Under the pieces are notes generated by a model. The model was not told the DNA's origin, searched no databases, and was given only the letters and a program-made list of their open reading frames with translations. Of a stretch of DNA of 49,597 nucleotides, positions 1-12,798 are shown piece after piece (within the stretch, counting starts at the first letter, position 1; each line of letters begins with the position of its first letter). The stretch covers positions 15,987 through 65,583 of the forward strand of contig JAQGDQ010000859.1 of assembly GCA_030141605.1 (NCBI GenBank), given 5' to 3'. This DNA is from Tubiluchus corallicola. Its lineage: Eukaryota > Animalia > Priapulida. The translations under genes and the position numbers were made by a program.

Positions 1-355
1 TATACAACTGCTCTCTAGATTCTGTAATCTATATCCACCCTCGGCAATAAGAACCAGCACACCTAACCCTTAACCTGTACGTTGAGGATGTGACCTGCAA
101 ATTAAAGCTAACAATTCAAACCGATCAACTAAAATAACCGCTCATTATTTTAAATCTACTCTTCAAACACATAGCAACTAATAACAAGCCGCAATTTGTC
201 TTTCAAGTGTTTTCTGTGCTGCCTACAGTAGTTTGCTACACATTGTTACATCTGTATTAATTAAGGAAGTCAAATTAGTATGGTTGCTAGCTGGGTAATA
301 GGAGTTGGCACTACTGGTTACGACCTATAAATTCACACCCAACATAATAATAATG

Positions 356-387
<32 letters not shown>

Positions 388-982
388 TAAAAACAATATA
401 ATTATGCTTTTGATTCCATATTCATGGATGCACTACATGCCAAGTATGCAGGCCAGGGTCCATCAAGTCACCAGGGCCTACCAAACTCCTTAACCTTATA
501 AGGAGAGTCTTGCAAGTAGAAAAAGAAAATAAATATGTTACTAAGACAATATAAGCTAAGTTCGCAGATCAGTAAATCAATTTCGGACTTTTATCTCACA
601 TTAACATACATAATATAGAAGTACTAATCATGTCTTGCAATCACCCTGAGCATTGGTTTTGAAAGAGATGTAATATTTGAAACCACGGTTTGAATGAAGA
701 TGAATCAGAAAACTAACGAATGCATGTTCCTCATTTTTCTACCTCCATTTGACATATGTGGGAAGATAATAATGAACTTTTTATATTCCAAAACTACCCC
801 CAACTCTTTATACTGTCTAATGAAAAACAAATTACTTTGGCAAATTAGGCATTTGACGGTAGCGTAATAAATGGTTATAAATCCATAAATCTATATAATT
901 ATCAATGTTGAGGCATGCTCAATGTCATAATTGATAATTATCACTCGGCTAATGAAATAAAAAATTTGAAAATCATTCTTAC

Positions 983-1060
983 ATAATGCAACAATAAGTA
1001 AAGCAGCCGGAACTCCAAATGCTAATGGATAACAATCATCTTCCCAGCATTCCACTTCAC
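983..1060 (-). CDS. SLC15A1/2-like: SLC15 transporter exon, TM6 (SEVECWEDDCYPLAFGVPAALLIVAL); gene continues off the left edge
   Basis: CxxxxCYPLAFGVPAAL is typical of PepT1/2. ttag/gtaaga, phase 1/1. Confidence 0.93.
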
Positions 1061-1385
1061 CTAAGCAGAATCAAATTGTTATTGTAAAATGTATTTATTC
1101 TACTGAATGCAGTAGCCTTCAGCTGTTCAATAGTAAACAAACAGCTATGCCTTACCATATTTTTGAACTGCTTCTTGATACTGCATAATTCCAATATTGA
1201 TAATAGCAATAATGTCACATTTTTGCAAATGACTGTAACAAAACATTTTACGAGTAGAACGAAGTCTAAATTAAGATAATTAACTAAGTCCACTTTACAC
1301 TGAATGACACAACCCGAAATTCAGCCAAAGGCTAGTTAAATAAGATGGCATTTGCGAGGGATTTTCTGTTAGTTTCCAAGACTGG

Positions 1386-1839
<454 letters not shown>

Positions 1840-2025
1840 ATGGCTGCAGAAGACTATAGCAATGCCATAGTACATTTCCTGCTACTGTCATCTAACAGGA
1901 CAGTAAATAAACATAAGGTAGTGTTATTAAAATAGTTAAAAGCAGACAACACATTAGATGGGGAGGCAACAATAGTATTAGATTACTTAATTTTATTACA
2001 ATAAGTAATATCATGAAATGCTTAC

Positions 2026-2216
2026 TTCTGAATATTGGCGTAAGATAAGTTGACAGCAGACTGCCCAAGTTGATGGACATGTAAAAGACGGAGAAGAAAG
2101 CTTGTAGTTGCTTTTCTTGTCCTTTCACAAACTGATCTCCACCAAATGCTGCTACGCAAGGTTTGATGCCACCAGTACCGAAACCGATTAACACCAAACC
2201 GATCATAGGTCCAATT
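2026..2216 (-). CDS. SLC15A1/2-like: SLC15 transporter exon, TM4-TM5 (IGPMIGLVLIGFGTGGIKPCVAAFGGDQF...FFSVFYMSINLGSLLSTYLTPIFR)
   Basis: GTGGIKPCVxAFGGDQF and PTR2 signature FYxxINxGSL. tag/gtaagc, phases 2 to 1. Confidence 0.97.
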
Positions 2217-4185
2217 CTATATAACAGAACCAGAATTATTTACAATTAGCATCAGAAAAAAGGCTAATAGCACTATGCCTTCCAGGCTAGTCCTGTAGCT
2301 CAGATAAGAATTTGATTATCTCTGAAGTCCTTGTGTAAGTATACAAAATTGTAGAACGAAATCTTCCAAAACTTGAAACATGGCCAAAGGCAGTAAAAAT
2401 GAAAATTTATTTAGAAAACAGACTTATTTGCTTATCGATTCTCATAATTGCTAAAATCACAACTATTACAAGTAACATTGGTATCCTGCTAAAAGGTATT
2501 TTTGTAGAAAATCTTCTAGACAATATGTAGACTATAAGTGTACCATCAGCTAGATGACCTCTAGGCTACTATCATGCTGATCAAACTTTGCTATTGCTTT
2601 AGGGTAGATGACTTTCTTAATGTTAGAAGGTTACACCTTATTTCCGATAAAGTTTATTAGAATGCAGGAATGCACTGCAGATTGAGACACGAAAAAAAGA
2701 GAAGTGTAAATATCTCATAAAACTAACTTCCAGAGGAAGGTGTATTGCTTATAGAGGTGTATGTGTTCTGAATTAGCAATATCACATCTAAAATTTCCTT
2801 GATGTTTTTTCTGTTGACTAAAGTCAAATTCTATAATGTGTGTGATCCACTCTGTAAGGTAAACGATTAATTCACTCTGTGCAATCAGTTTCTCTACTCA
2901 TTTGTTCAAATTGAAGGTGAATCCGAAAACGTTTTGACTACAAGAATGCTGCATTCTGAAAAGATTAAAATGATCTTTGGTAAATAAGGTAATAAAAACT
3001 AAATAAGCAATGTTATAATGGTCAGGGCTGTGTGTCTCGCCCAAACATGTCTCTGGCATTAAAAGGCAGTTGCTAGATCAAAGTCACCTACCTAAACAGT
3101 GAAAATTTGCATTGTACATATTTCTTATCTGACTCCAACTGCAGCCACTATACGAGTTCTACAGCAGAACCTTCTGTTTACGACTTTGTTGAAAACAGTT
3201 TCTCACTTAGAATTTATCACTCAGTCTTCTTACAGTGTTGGGTGGGACTAAATCTTTTTGCACACGCTGGTAACCTAGTAGGATGTTGCAGATGTGCACT
3301 AATTATTCTATGGCAAACTGGCATACGCAATATCTAAAAGAGCAATTGGTTCAATAAGTTCCAAGTATATAAGCTAGAGTCATGAAACCTGCTAGGTAGA
3401 TATCTTATGGAAAGCGATCTTAAATGTATTTTGAATAATAACCACACCCTGACAAATAGTTTTTTCAATAACTATCCAATTCCCCTTCTAATTTGGAGTT
3501 ATCGTCATAAACGGTTGACCATTGGGATGCATTAAGTATTCCTTCAATGAGAAAATATTAAAGCGGTAAAAAAAACGTATATGGGTAGGTACAAGCTGTC
3601 ACCCGCATCCACTTACTAATCAGGCTTGGTGTTACTTTACTATTACAGCCATGCATGCACTGTGAACACTTGACTATTTTTGCTCTGTTCCTCTTATCAC
3701 CACCTCTCTTCCTTTCTTCTCCCCCTCTCCCTCCCTTCCTCCCACCCCCACAATCAAGAAAAAAAAGAACGATGTAACAATCAGTCACTAGATTGTCTTT
3801 GGATGAAAGTTAAAAAATAAAAGAAGTCTTAAGAATAATAACTAAATACTATTTTTGGATTTTGTGATATTAACAGAAAATATCAAACTTAAAAAGACAC
3901 AAACACAGAAAACATATAGACATGCATTAACCAAAAACTACAAGTGAAACCCAGTTGCCAAATTTCTGTTTTTCAAATGCTCTCAGTAGAACTGAAACTT
4001 AACTTCCTCCAAACTCAAGAAAACTTATACTAGATTATTTGCCTTGCCTTGAGATTTCGCATGTTTATTTGCTGTACACAGTACGGTTCAAGACAACAAA
4101 AGTGATGAAATAATGAAAGTTTCACTTCACAGTGAATGTTATCAAATCTAACATCAAATATTTAAGGCTTAACTAGCTGGTGCCC

Positions 4186-4415
4186 ATATATCCAGGACCC
4201 AAGTTTCCAAGCCGATATACTAGGACCCAAATATGCTAGGGTGTTTCCAAGCCCAAATGTCTGGGGTGCAAATTGTCTGAGGCCCAAATATCCAAGCCCA
4301 AATGTCTGGGGTGCAAATTGTCTGAGGCCCAAATATCCAAGCCCAAATGTCTGGGGTCCAAATTGTCTGAGGTCCAAATATCCATGCCCCAAATGTCTAG
4401 GGCGCAAGTATCCAA
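4186..4415. repeat. 45-bp tandem repeat (~3.5 copies from 4247) built from ~15-bp cccaaatgtc-type subunits
   Basis: ccaagcccaaatgtctggggtgcaaattgtctgaggcccaaatat at 4247, 4292 and 4337. Confidence 0.9.
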
Positions 4416-4670
4416 AAACTGATCTGCTCAAATGTATTAAAAATAGTGATATTATGCTGAAAGAACGGCAGCAAAAAACACTAGTGGAGTTCAAATATTC
4501 ATCTCAGCATGACTTTAAAAAACTATTTTTACCCACTGTACACTCATGAAACATTCAAGATGATGATACGTAATTAATAATTGACATCTTTACTGGTAAC
4601 GCAAATTTATGCTTTCTACGCTTTCAGATGCCATATTAAGCATTTAACAAACCTTACAATAAGAACTTAC

Positions 4671-4772
4671 GGACTCAACATGCCATCATCTCCGGCGCCT
4701 ACTGGTGGAATAGCAGTAATCGCCATTAAGGTCAACCCGCAAATGTACACTAGAGAAAGTGACAATATCGTC
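4671..4772 (-). CDS. SLC15A1/2-like: SLC15 transporter TM3 exon, variant B (TILSLSLVYICGLTLMAITAIPPVGAGDDGMLSP)
   Basis: Paralogous to variant A. ctctag acceptor, gtaagt donor, phase 2/2, 102 nt, open frame. Confidence 0.9.
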
Positions 4773-4839
4773 CTAGAGAAAAAAGCATCAAAAATAGACA
4801 AAAAGAAAAGGGCGACAGGTTGTGCTCAGGCTAACTTAC

Positions 4840-4947
4840 GGATTTAAATCCTGGTCACTCTGATAGGATCCTCCTACTACTGGAATGGCAGTAACAGCTA
4901 GTAAACACAACCCAAGAATGTAGACTATGGACAGCGAGAAGATAGTC
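4840..4947 (-). CDS. SLC15A1/2-like: SLC15 transporter TM3 exon, variant A (TIFSLSIVYILGLCLLAVTAIPVVGGSYQSDQDLNP)
   Basis: TIxxLSxVYxxG TM3 motif. tttag acceptor, gtaagt donor, phase 2/2, 108 nt. Confidence 0.9.
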
Positions 4948-5843
4948 CTAAAGAAGAAATGACAAATGGTACGTACACAAAAGAAAGTAACATTTAGAAT
5001 CAGAGACAGATATAGTTATATAATGTAGATGAGCATATTTATAAAAACAGCTATCATACAAGCAAATATTTAACGATAGATAAGAAACTTGGTCACAGTA
5101 AATAATTATTTTATAAGAGAAACCATAAATGATGAGCAGGTTCCTTGTCTAGGATGACACAATGTCATTAAATTGCCATATAGAAAGTGATATAACAAAA
5201 GAAATACATACACATGCATGCACATTGTCACAAACACAGATACAGAAGAAGTATTGTAAAAAGAGCAAGTACAAGTATGTGAGCCTGGAAAACCATGAAC
5301 AAAATAACATTTTGAAGAACAGGAAATTCATTTTAAAGAGCAGAAATGTAAAAATCACACGTAAATCTACAGAATTGATACATTCTTTGAAGTTCAATAG
5401 ATATGGTAATGACTCTGATTTCACTCTACCTCTACCACATTTGGGAAGAAACAGGAAGACAAATTTTCTGAGCTTCATGATTCATTGTCTGCTTAGACAT
5501 TAAAAAACAAGACAAATTTGCAAAACATTTTGATTTAACTTCATCAATTTTCTTCATAAATGTTTTAGTATATTGTAATTTTCAGTAGTAATACAATCTA
5601 CAAAACCATGTGGAAGTGTTTTACGTGAATAACCATTCTCATGTAATATTAAACAAAATGAACCAATTTTTATGTTTGTGACTATGCAAAATTAAAAATG
5701 CTTCCTAGCACAAATTACTACACCACATTAAAATTAAGCTTACTATATCACAATAAAATTATGGTGCAATATTTTACAGAAGTCTTTGAACCTGAACACA
5801 ATTTGTTAAAAGACTGACACAAGTAAAAGTATATATGATTTAC

Positions 5844-5985
5844 CAAAATTTCCCTAATATCCCATCAGCTAAGGGGGCACCAAGTAATGGTGTAAAGTAA
5901 CACAGCATGGTAAATGCATGATAAATAGCTGTTGCTGTATGATCCTCAAATTGGAGACTGTTTGTAAGAAACAGTACCAACACAG
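5844..5985 (-). CDS. SLC15A1/2-like: SLC15 transporter exon, end of TM1 to TM2 (TVLVLFLTNSLQFEDHTATAIYHAFTMLCYFTPLLGAPLADGILGKFW)
   Basis: AIYH (PepT1 His57 equivalent) and GAxxADxxLGKF POT signature. cag/gtaaat, phases 1 to 2. Confidence 0.95.
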
Positions 5986-7006
5986 CTGCAACAAACAAAC
6001 CAAGTTGTTAATATGCATCTCACAAAAGGAAAATACTGAGAGAACATTGGTGGCTTTTATGCTAACCTTACCTCAAATTCAGGTGAACTCATGTGCATTT
6101 TGATAACGTATAGCTTTGAAAGCATTTAACTGCACCTTTATTCCTTTAAAAAGTTTTCACATAGAAGCATTAAATGTGTCAGGTTGTCAGATAATAGGTA
6201 TGAAAGTTGTGTCCCCCATAATATTTAAAATAATCACGGAAAAAGTAAATCACACTGAAGCACACACAAAAAATCAATTGCATTACTAACCATTGATCCT
6301 AATCAGGGGAGACGGGAGGTAGTCTTCATCGCTATCGCAATAATTCAACAAACCAGAGCAGTACATTGAAGATGTGGTACATTATACCAAAAGCAAACAG
6401 GTGTTAAGAAGAATTTTGGCTAAGCAATTATTTCTCTGTAATTCTGTCCCCTACGTTTTTTAATGTGGTACATTCCTTAGCACAGTTAATCAAACCAAGG
6501 TAAGACAATGAACTTGAGCTGAATTGTGATTAAATGAAGAAATGAAGAAACAATATTAAAATATCAGTATTTCTGAGTAGTATGTAATTAGTAAAATGGG
6601 AATTCAGCCATTATAACAGTGGATTATCCAAGCCTGTACTTGTTTTATTTTTTTTTCATTTGAATGTCAGACATTGATTTTATTTTGATGCTGTGACTTT
6701 AAAAGCAACATATCTGCAAATCCACTTTATACGTAGTCATCTTGTTTAGAACAGGTAGACAAAGTAATGTTTTTTATAATTACAATACAATCAATTATCT
6801 GAAAATGGCTTGGCTCTTGTTAACTAGTGTAAGTGATCTTTCTTTGCGTAAAAATTAGTGTAGTAATAGTATTGTAATTACTACTTCATGTAGTGAAGTA
6901 TCAATCTGTATTGTATTTCTGAACTGCTTTTGGCCTGTCATTGTTTTTTTTTTGGTACAAAGTTTGAAACAGCTTGATTTATAAAAAGTAAAAATTAGTT
7001 ACATAC

Positions 7007-7085
7007 TTCGCATTCCATAGAAACTAAATCGCTCGCAGAATTCATTTCCAAGAATGAAGAACACGCACTTTGGGTACGGAGGCAC
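7007..7085 (-). CDS. SLC15A1/2-like: SLC15 transporter exon, TM1 (VPPYPKCVFFILGNEFCERFSFYGMR)
   Basis: POT-family ExxER motif (EFCERFSFYG). tag acceptor, gtatgt donor. Confidence 0.95.
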
Positions 7086-9398
7086 CTATTACAACAAAAA
7101 TATATCACTGATGTTTCAAAAATTCCTTCACATTCATGTTTCATTATATTTAATTTGGTAAAAGCAAGTAGTAGCAGTAATTCCCAAAGACCAAAGCATG
7201 TCTAAATTCTTGCACAACAAATTTGTAATAAAATATTTAATTGTTGTAAACAAAAATATTCTACAGAGGAGGTCTAAAGAAAAACATAGCTAAAAAAGGG
7301 TCTTTTGACTGTTTTAGTGCTTCACTAAAGAACAATGTCACTTTAACGTTCACATATTGTCTTTGCTACTATGAATTAGACTACAATAATACCACATACA
7401 TTTCTACGCAACACATGATGAAGCTAATGTACAGAAATTAATTTTAGGCGATTATCATAACGTTTCTCACAAGGCAAAAACCTCAGTACATTATGTTAGC
7501 AGTGTGTGTGTGTATGTGAGGGAGTGTGCGTGAAGGTGTGTGTGAGCGTGCATTATATGATTGCGCCAAATCTGTTTGCTATGTTGGTGATGCATTGGAC
7601 CACTGTCGATTAGCTGACAACCATTGTGCCAACACTGGAAGACTGACACAGGATACTAACACAACAGAAGTAATTTGCCATTGCCAGTTTTGCTAATGTT
7701 GATAAAGTATTAGTCCAATGAATCACACTTTCATGTTTATTAACTACTGAAGGAACATCAAAAATATCCATTAGTGGGTACAATATCAGACAAAGATAAT
7801 GTCAATGAGGCAATGTTTTCAGCATTAATAATTTTTTGCTTCAGTGAAACATTGTTTTTAGGCAGATCCTGGATATGGCATAGTACTGAACAGTACGTTA
7901 AATTTTCCTTCTCCTCTCCCAACAAAAAAGATCTGTTTGTCTCTAAACTCTAAATAACTCCATTTATCTATGGGGGTGTAAAGGAGTCCAGTAGAACTGA
8001 TGATTACACTCCTTAAGGTTGTAACAAGCTGATTATTATTTATGTGTTATTTTTGGCATAATGATTATCTTGTAGAAATATATAAACTATTAGCTGGTCC
8101 TGCCCGCTGGCTGCTGCCATCTGCTGGCTACTGTTACAAGCTTATAATAGAGCTGCAGCTTTGTAATCATTGAAGCATGGACTATCGTGTGTTGGCTTTG
8201 AGTAGTGATTCATGTTAAGCCCAGTTTTGACAGAGCCTGCCACATGCTCTAGAATTGTTGTTTTTGGATGTTGGTATTCTCACCTGAACTCTTACCATTT
8301 GGGGTACTGCAACCACTGAGGTTTGCCACTGTATGGCCGGACCGTATTTGGTGAGGTACCTTAACATTTCTTTACAAGAACTCAGGTATGCATACCTCCT
8401 TATGTTGCCTTAAGAGACAAGTTCACCTCTGAAGTCTAACTCAGGAACTAATGGTGGTAATGGCTAGACTAATTAGTCTTCATAAATATGTTACTCATGC
8501 CATGCATTGCTGAATGCTGAGTTCACACCGAACTGTGTTCTTGCAGACAACTATCTGTCTATCTCTGACAAATGGAATTGACTGTTTAATGTTACGTTAA
8601 AGTGAAGAAGTTCTGCTGCGTCTGAAAACTGTGTTTGGGACTGATATGCCAAGCAGTAGCCAGCTCATGTTTTTATGCTAACAAGATTGTATTTTTGATA
8701 TTTGCTAATTGATATTTTGTTTATTGTTGTTTAAATAAGCATGCAAACTCACACTGGTGAGTTCTCACTATTTTTAATCATTTATTAATGTTAAAATTTC
8801 ATAGTTGATACCTGGTCTCCATGTTCTAATACCATCAGCTTTAACATCTTTTTTAACGCTTGCGGCACGAAGATTTGGGATTAACAAGCCTACAGTCACT
8901 TTAAAGGTTACGTTCACATATTATTTACATATATTGAGTAAAGTTTTGCCCCAGACCATAGCTATCTTGTTACACCTGCACTCACAAAATTTATATCTCC
9001 AGACTTCAAAAATAAAAAATGACAAATATTTTTTTTATTTAATTTTAGCCACCCAAACAATGTCAAAAAAGCAATGAATGTGGTAATAATCATCCTGGAT
9101 TCCCATTTTGCCTACACTTAGACCTGCCCTTATTGTAATGATTAGTTTATCAAGCTTTGAATATCTGACACATGCTGCGGTAATGAAGCATGGTCATGTG
9201 CTCCATTCAGAATAATTTCAATAATGAGACCAGTTTTCTAATGCATCCTGCTTTGGCTTCATTTTATAATACCAGCCAGTCTAGTAAACTAGAAAAAATG
9301 CTATTTCTGCTGTAGCTGTTCAAATATTCCACAAATTATATAGTCAAGCACAAAGAACTTTAACAACTAAAGAAGAGCCACTAGCATAAGTAACTTAC

Positions 9399-9433
9399 CG
9401 GTTCAGCTGTTTCAACAGACAGAAGCCGAGAAG
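9399..9433 (-). CDS. SLC15A1/2-like: SLC15 transporter exon 2 ((A)SRLLSVETAEP)
   Basis: Acceptor tttttttcag and donor gtaagt. 35 nt, phase 1 to phase 0, in frame with the next exon. Confidence 0.7.
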
Positions 9434-11861
9434 CTGAAAAAAATAACAGACAGAAGGTTTTAACAAAAATCTTAAAAACACCTATAGAAGTTAAAAGTTT
9501 GTATATGCAAAGTTAATAATAATACAAGCTTTGATTTTGTTAGTTGATGTTAAAAAAACTAACACACTGAGCTCGTTTTTGGCACCCAGTCGCACAGGCT
9601 GTCTTAAATGGCATACGCACCATCAATATCATGAACGTCATCGTCATTATTATCATCATCATTGTCATTATCATCATCTTTTCGTCGTCATCATCAATTT
9701 TCATCATAAAAATGAAGAACAAAACAAGAGCAAGAGAAACATCAACAGCAACATTAAAGATGATGGCAATACCAACAACATCAGCAAACACCACAACAAC
9801 ACAGAAACGTTAGCACTAAATCGATTTTTAATACATTTAGGTAACCAGGATTAAACTGAAACTAAGCTCAACCCTAGACACAGTTATACTCTCCTAAAAT
9901 AAGGGATATAAGTTACCTCTGTGCCTCTCAGTGGCCCCAATTCAAAGAATAAACTCATTAATAAATCACCAAATGCCTTTTGCTGATATTTGACTACATC
10001 AAAACCTTTCGCTAGCTGTTCAATTCACCAAAAAGCTGTGGAATTTATACATACATAAAGCTATGCACTAAAAGAATTACTACATAGTGGAATTATAAAA
10101 ATGAATGAATACAATGCACAGTGTTTGTGTCCTACTCTTTACTCTTATAATGAGAGTAATATGCTTACAGGACAATATGCTCATATAATATGCAGTTATC
10201 TAAAAAAATGCAACTTAGAACCTGGCAATGGGCATTAACCTTATTGGAGGTGTTTTAAAAGCAAAATGGTGTCTTTGTAGAATTTAACAAAATTAACTGG
10301 TTGAGTTTGGAAAAATACCTGACTGTGTTATGCTTAATGAAATCAAAAAGAAGCTTATAACACCCACCATTGAATGGCCTAGATATCTCAACCCTAGGTG
10401 TCCTGTAGCTTTCTGAAACTAAGGAGAATAAATATTGCGCTAAGGCAGACAAAAATGCCTAAAATTGAGGTTATCCGCTATCTGTTTCTGTTGTTGGCAC
10501 TGAAAATAAATCACCTGTGACATGACATTACAGTCAGACATTTCGTTTGATTTATGAGTTAATTCAAGAAGTTGAAGCCACTAGAGTACTAGATACAGAA
10601 ATTATGTCTTTATTCATTAGGTTAGGTTATGTTAGCTACAGTGAAAAGTTCAATTCCTTAAAGATACATAAGATAAGAGATCAGTATTTATAAAACTTGG
10701 TAGTAATAGTATGATAAACCATAATGAATGCTTAACAAGCTGATCACATGATGATATAGTTCTCAACTATATTTTGTTGCCTCACTATAGGCTTTCCATT
10801 TAAAAGCTTAAGGTAGCAAAAAACCAATCAGAATACAAGGCCATACAGACAAAAATTAAGGCTCTCCCTACTTCCTAGCCTGACAGCAAATTACGTGATG
10901 CAAGTGTTAAAACACAGCAAAAATGCTAGTGTTAAATTGGCCCACATGTGCTGCATGTAAAAACACATGGAGCTAAATGGCCCATTTATCAAGAAATATT
11001 TTCACTGATTATAATGGCTATTACTATTACAGTTTTCGTAAGGTTTAGAATTCATATATACATGGTTCAATAATACCACTTCGACAGGATGCAAGCGGCA
11101 ATAATAATTACAATCTATTAGGTGCAAGAGCTGCAGTTTAATTAGATAAAGGAGAAGAACAGCAATTTTAAGCTATGCAGGCTGTAATAAAACTGTAAAA
11201 TAAAGTTATGTCAGCAGTCAGTACTATTAGTCTATAACCTGTAAAAATCTTACAAATTTAAATTGTTCACAATGCCATGAGATATTATTTCACCAGTGAC
11301 ATAGGATCTTAACATACATCATCACCATCAGAGTGAAAAAAATCATTACTAATGAGGTGAGAAATAACCATTGCTCAATTGAGAAATAAATGCAATGCAT
11401 ATTTTTATGAAGCTGGCATATTATTTGTTGTTTTGCCTGTCTTTTACAAAAATGTGTAAATTCACTACCAGAACTCAATTTAGTTTTTTGAAAGACAATC
11501 ACCTGTTAGAATGCTGCATCAGGATGGCAATCAACCTTAGGAGTTTAAATTTTCATTTCAACTTCTACTTGATGCTGATTATAAATGTTTAGAATGCATA
11601 CAATGAGTTTTTACTAATGTTAAAAATTAGTCGTGTAATTGGACTGTTGGCAATAGTAATCAATCTTTGTACAAGTTAGTAGCTCAGCTTTTAAATATTG
11701 CATTACTACCTCAGTAATCTAATCAGTAACTCTTAAGTAATAACAGTAATCTAGTTATACTAATCAGGCATCAATAATTAAATCTGGAAACTGGCGAAAC
11801 TTGGAAACTTGCATTATATCTTGTAATCTTAACAACTAAAGACACAAAACAACAAACAAAC

Positions 11862-11979
11862 CTTCTGATTGCAACAAGAATGCATCTTCCAAAATACTGT
11901 CGTCATTATCGTCATCAAAATCCTCAGCATTATAAGATTCATCCGGAAGTGTAGTGAAGACAATTGGTTCAGAATTCAT
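11862..11979 (-). CDS. SLC15A1/2-like: SLC15 transporter, alternative first coding exon 1b, acidic N-terminus (MNSEPIVFTTLPDESYNAEDFDDDNDDSILEDAFLLQSE+G)
   Basis: ATG at 11979, 39 open codons plus 1 nt, donor AG|gtttgt, phase 1, in frame with exon 9399-9433. Ends GAA-G like exon 1a. Confidence 0.6.
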
Positions 11980-12770
11980 GGGGTTACTCCTAATGCTGCC
12001 TCATTACTGTGGCTTACTTATAGGTCATGTTAGAATAGATTTCCAGGTACAATGGCTTTATCAGCAATTTATCTAATCACATGACACAATAAGATCTGAC
12101 TTGCACTTATTTTAAAGCAAAAGGTATGTATTTGTTTACCAAGTGCCTTACAGAATCTAAGAGAGTTTACAGCAAATGTTGCTTATTCAAATAAAAGAGT
12201 GAATTAATCCAGCAAATAAGCATACATTTATGCATATTAATGTAGTACTTAATTATTCAAAGCAGTCTATAGAATCTTCTTAAATTGTATTTTGTTTTTG
12301 ATTCTCTCAAATTTCATTTGTCAACAATACATCATTCAACACCGTTGTGACCATTTTTATAATTAGTCTAAAGTTTTGCAACTTGAGTCATTTATTTTGT
12401 TTTAGAAAATACAAGATTACCTTAATGTTGCATTAGTTTCTAAAAACTGACTTATAAATTAAGTACAGTAGTTATAATCTACGCTGATATGAAACTATAC
12501 TGAAATAGCTTTAGAATGTTGTAGGTAGACCCACTATTAATTTGATAATAAACATAGGCCTATCTCAAAAATTCTTAACAAAGAAAAAGTTGGACACAAA
12601 TGAGAAGAAAAAGACTATGAACATGAGGATTACAAATGTAACCAGAGTTCCAGACCTTACAAGTTCGTGCTAAATAACTCTTGCCAATTTGAATGACAAA
12701 TGTTAAACCAGATGCAGAAACCAGTCAAATTGGAAAACGTAGAGAAAAAAAGACAAAAAACCATGCCTAC

Positions 12771-12798
12771 CTTCATCGCTGATTTTACGAGTGAGCAT
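12771..12798 (-). CDS. SLC15A1/2-like: SLC15 transporter, alternative first coding exon 1a (MLTRKISDE+G)
   Basis: ATG at 12798, 9 codons plus 1 nt, donor G|gtaggc. Phase 1 joins in frame to exon 9399-9433. Confidence 0.6.

Noticed and set aside
1-62. Possible next SLC15 exon (CVLVLIAEGGYRLQNL...)
   Set aside because: Does not match the expected post-TM6 PepT pattern (FxxGxxxYxxxPPxG), and the apparent acceptor is part of a ctaacc repeat.
4162-4549. ORFs with 15-aa repeats (PSPNVWGANCLRPKY)
   Set aside because: Open on both strands because of a 45-bp tandem repeat; intronic, with no splice support.
8020-8800. Possible solo LTR in an SLC15 intron
   Set aside because: Starts with TGTAAC and has distinct composition, but I found no matching CA end or TSD.
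9531-9854. His/Ile/Met-rich ORFs
   Set aside because: Decayed (CAT)n/(CAA)n low-complexity sequence.
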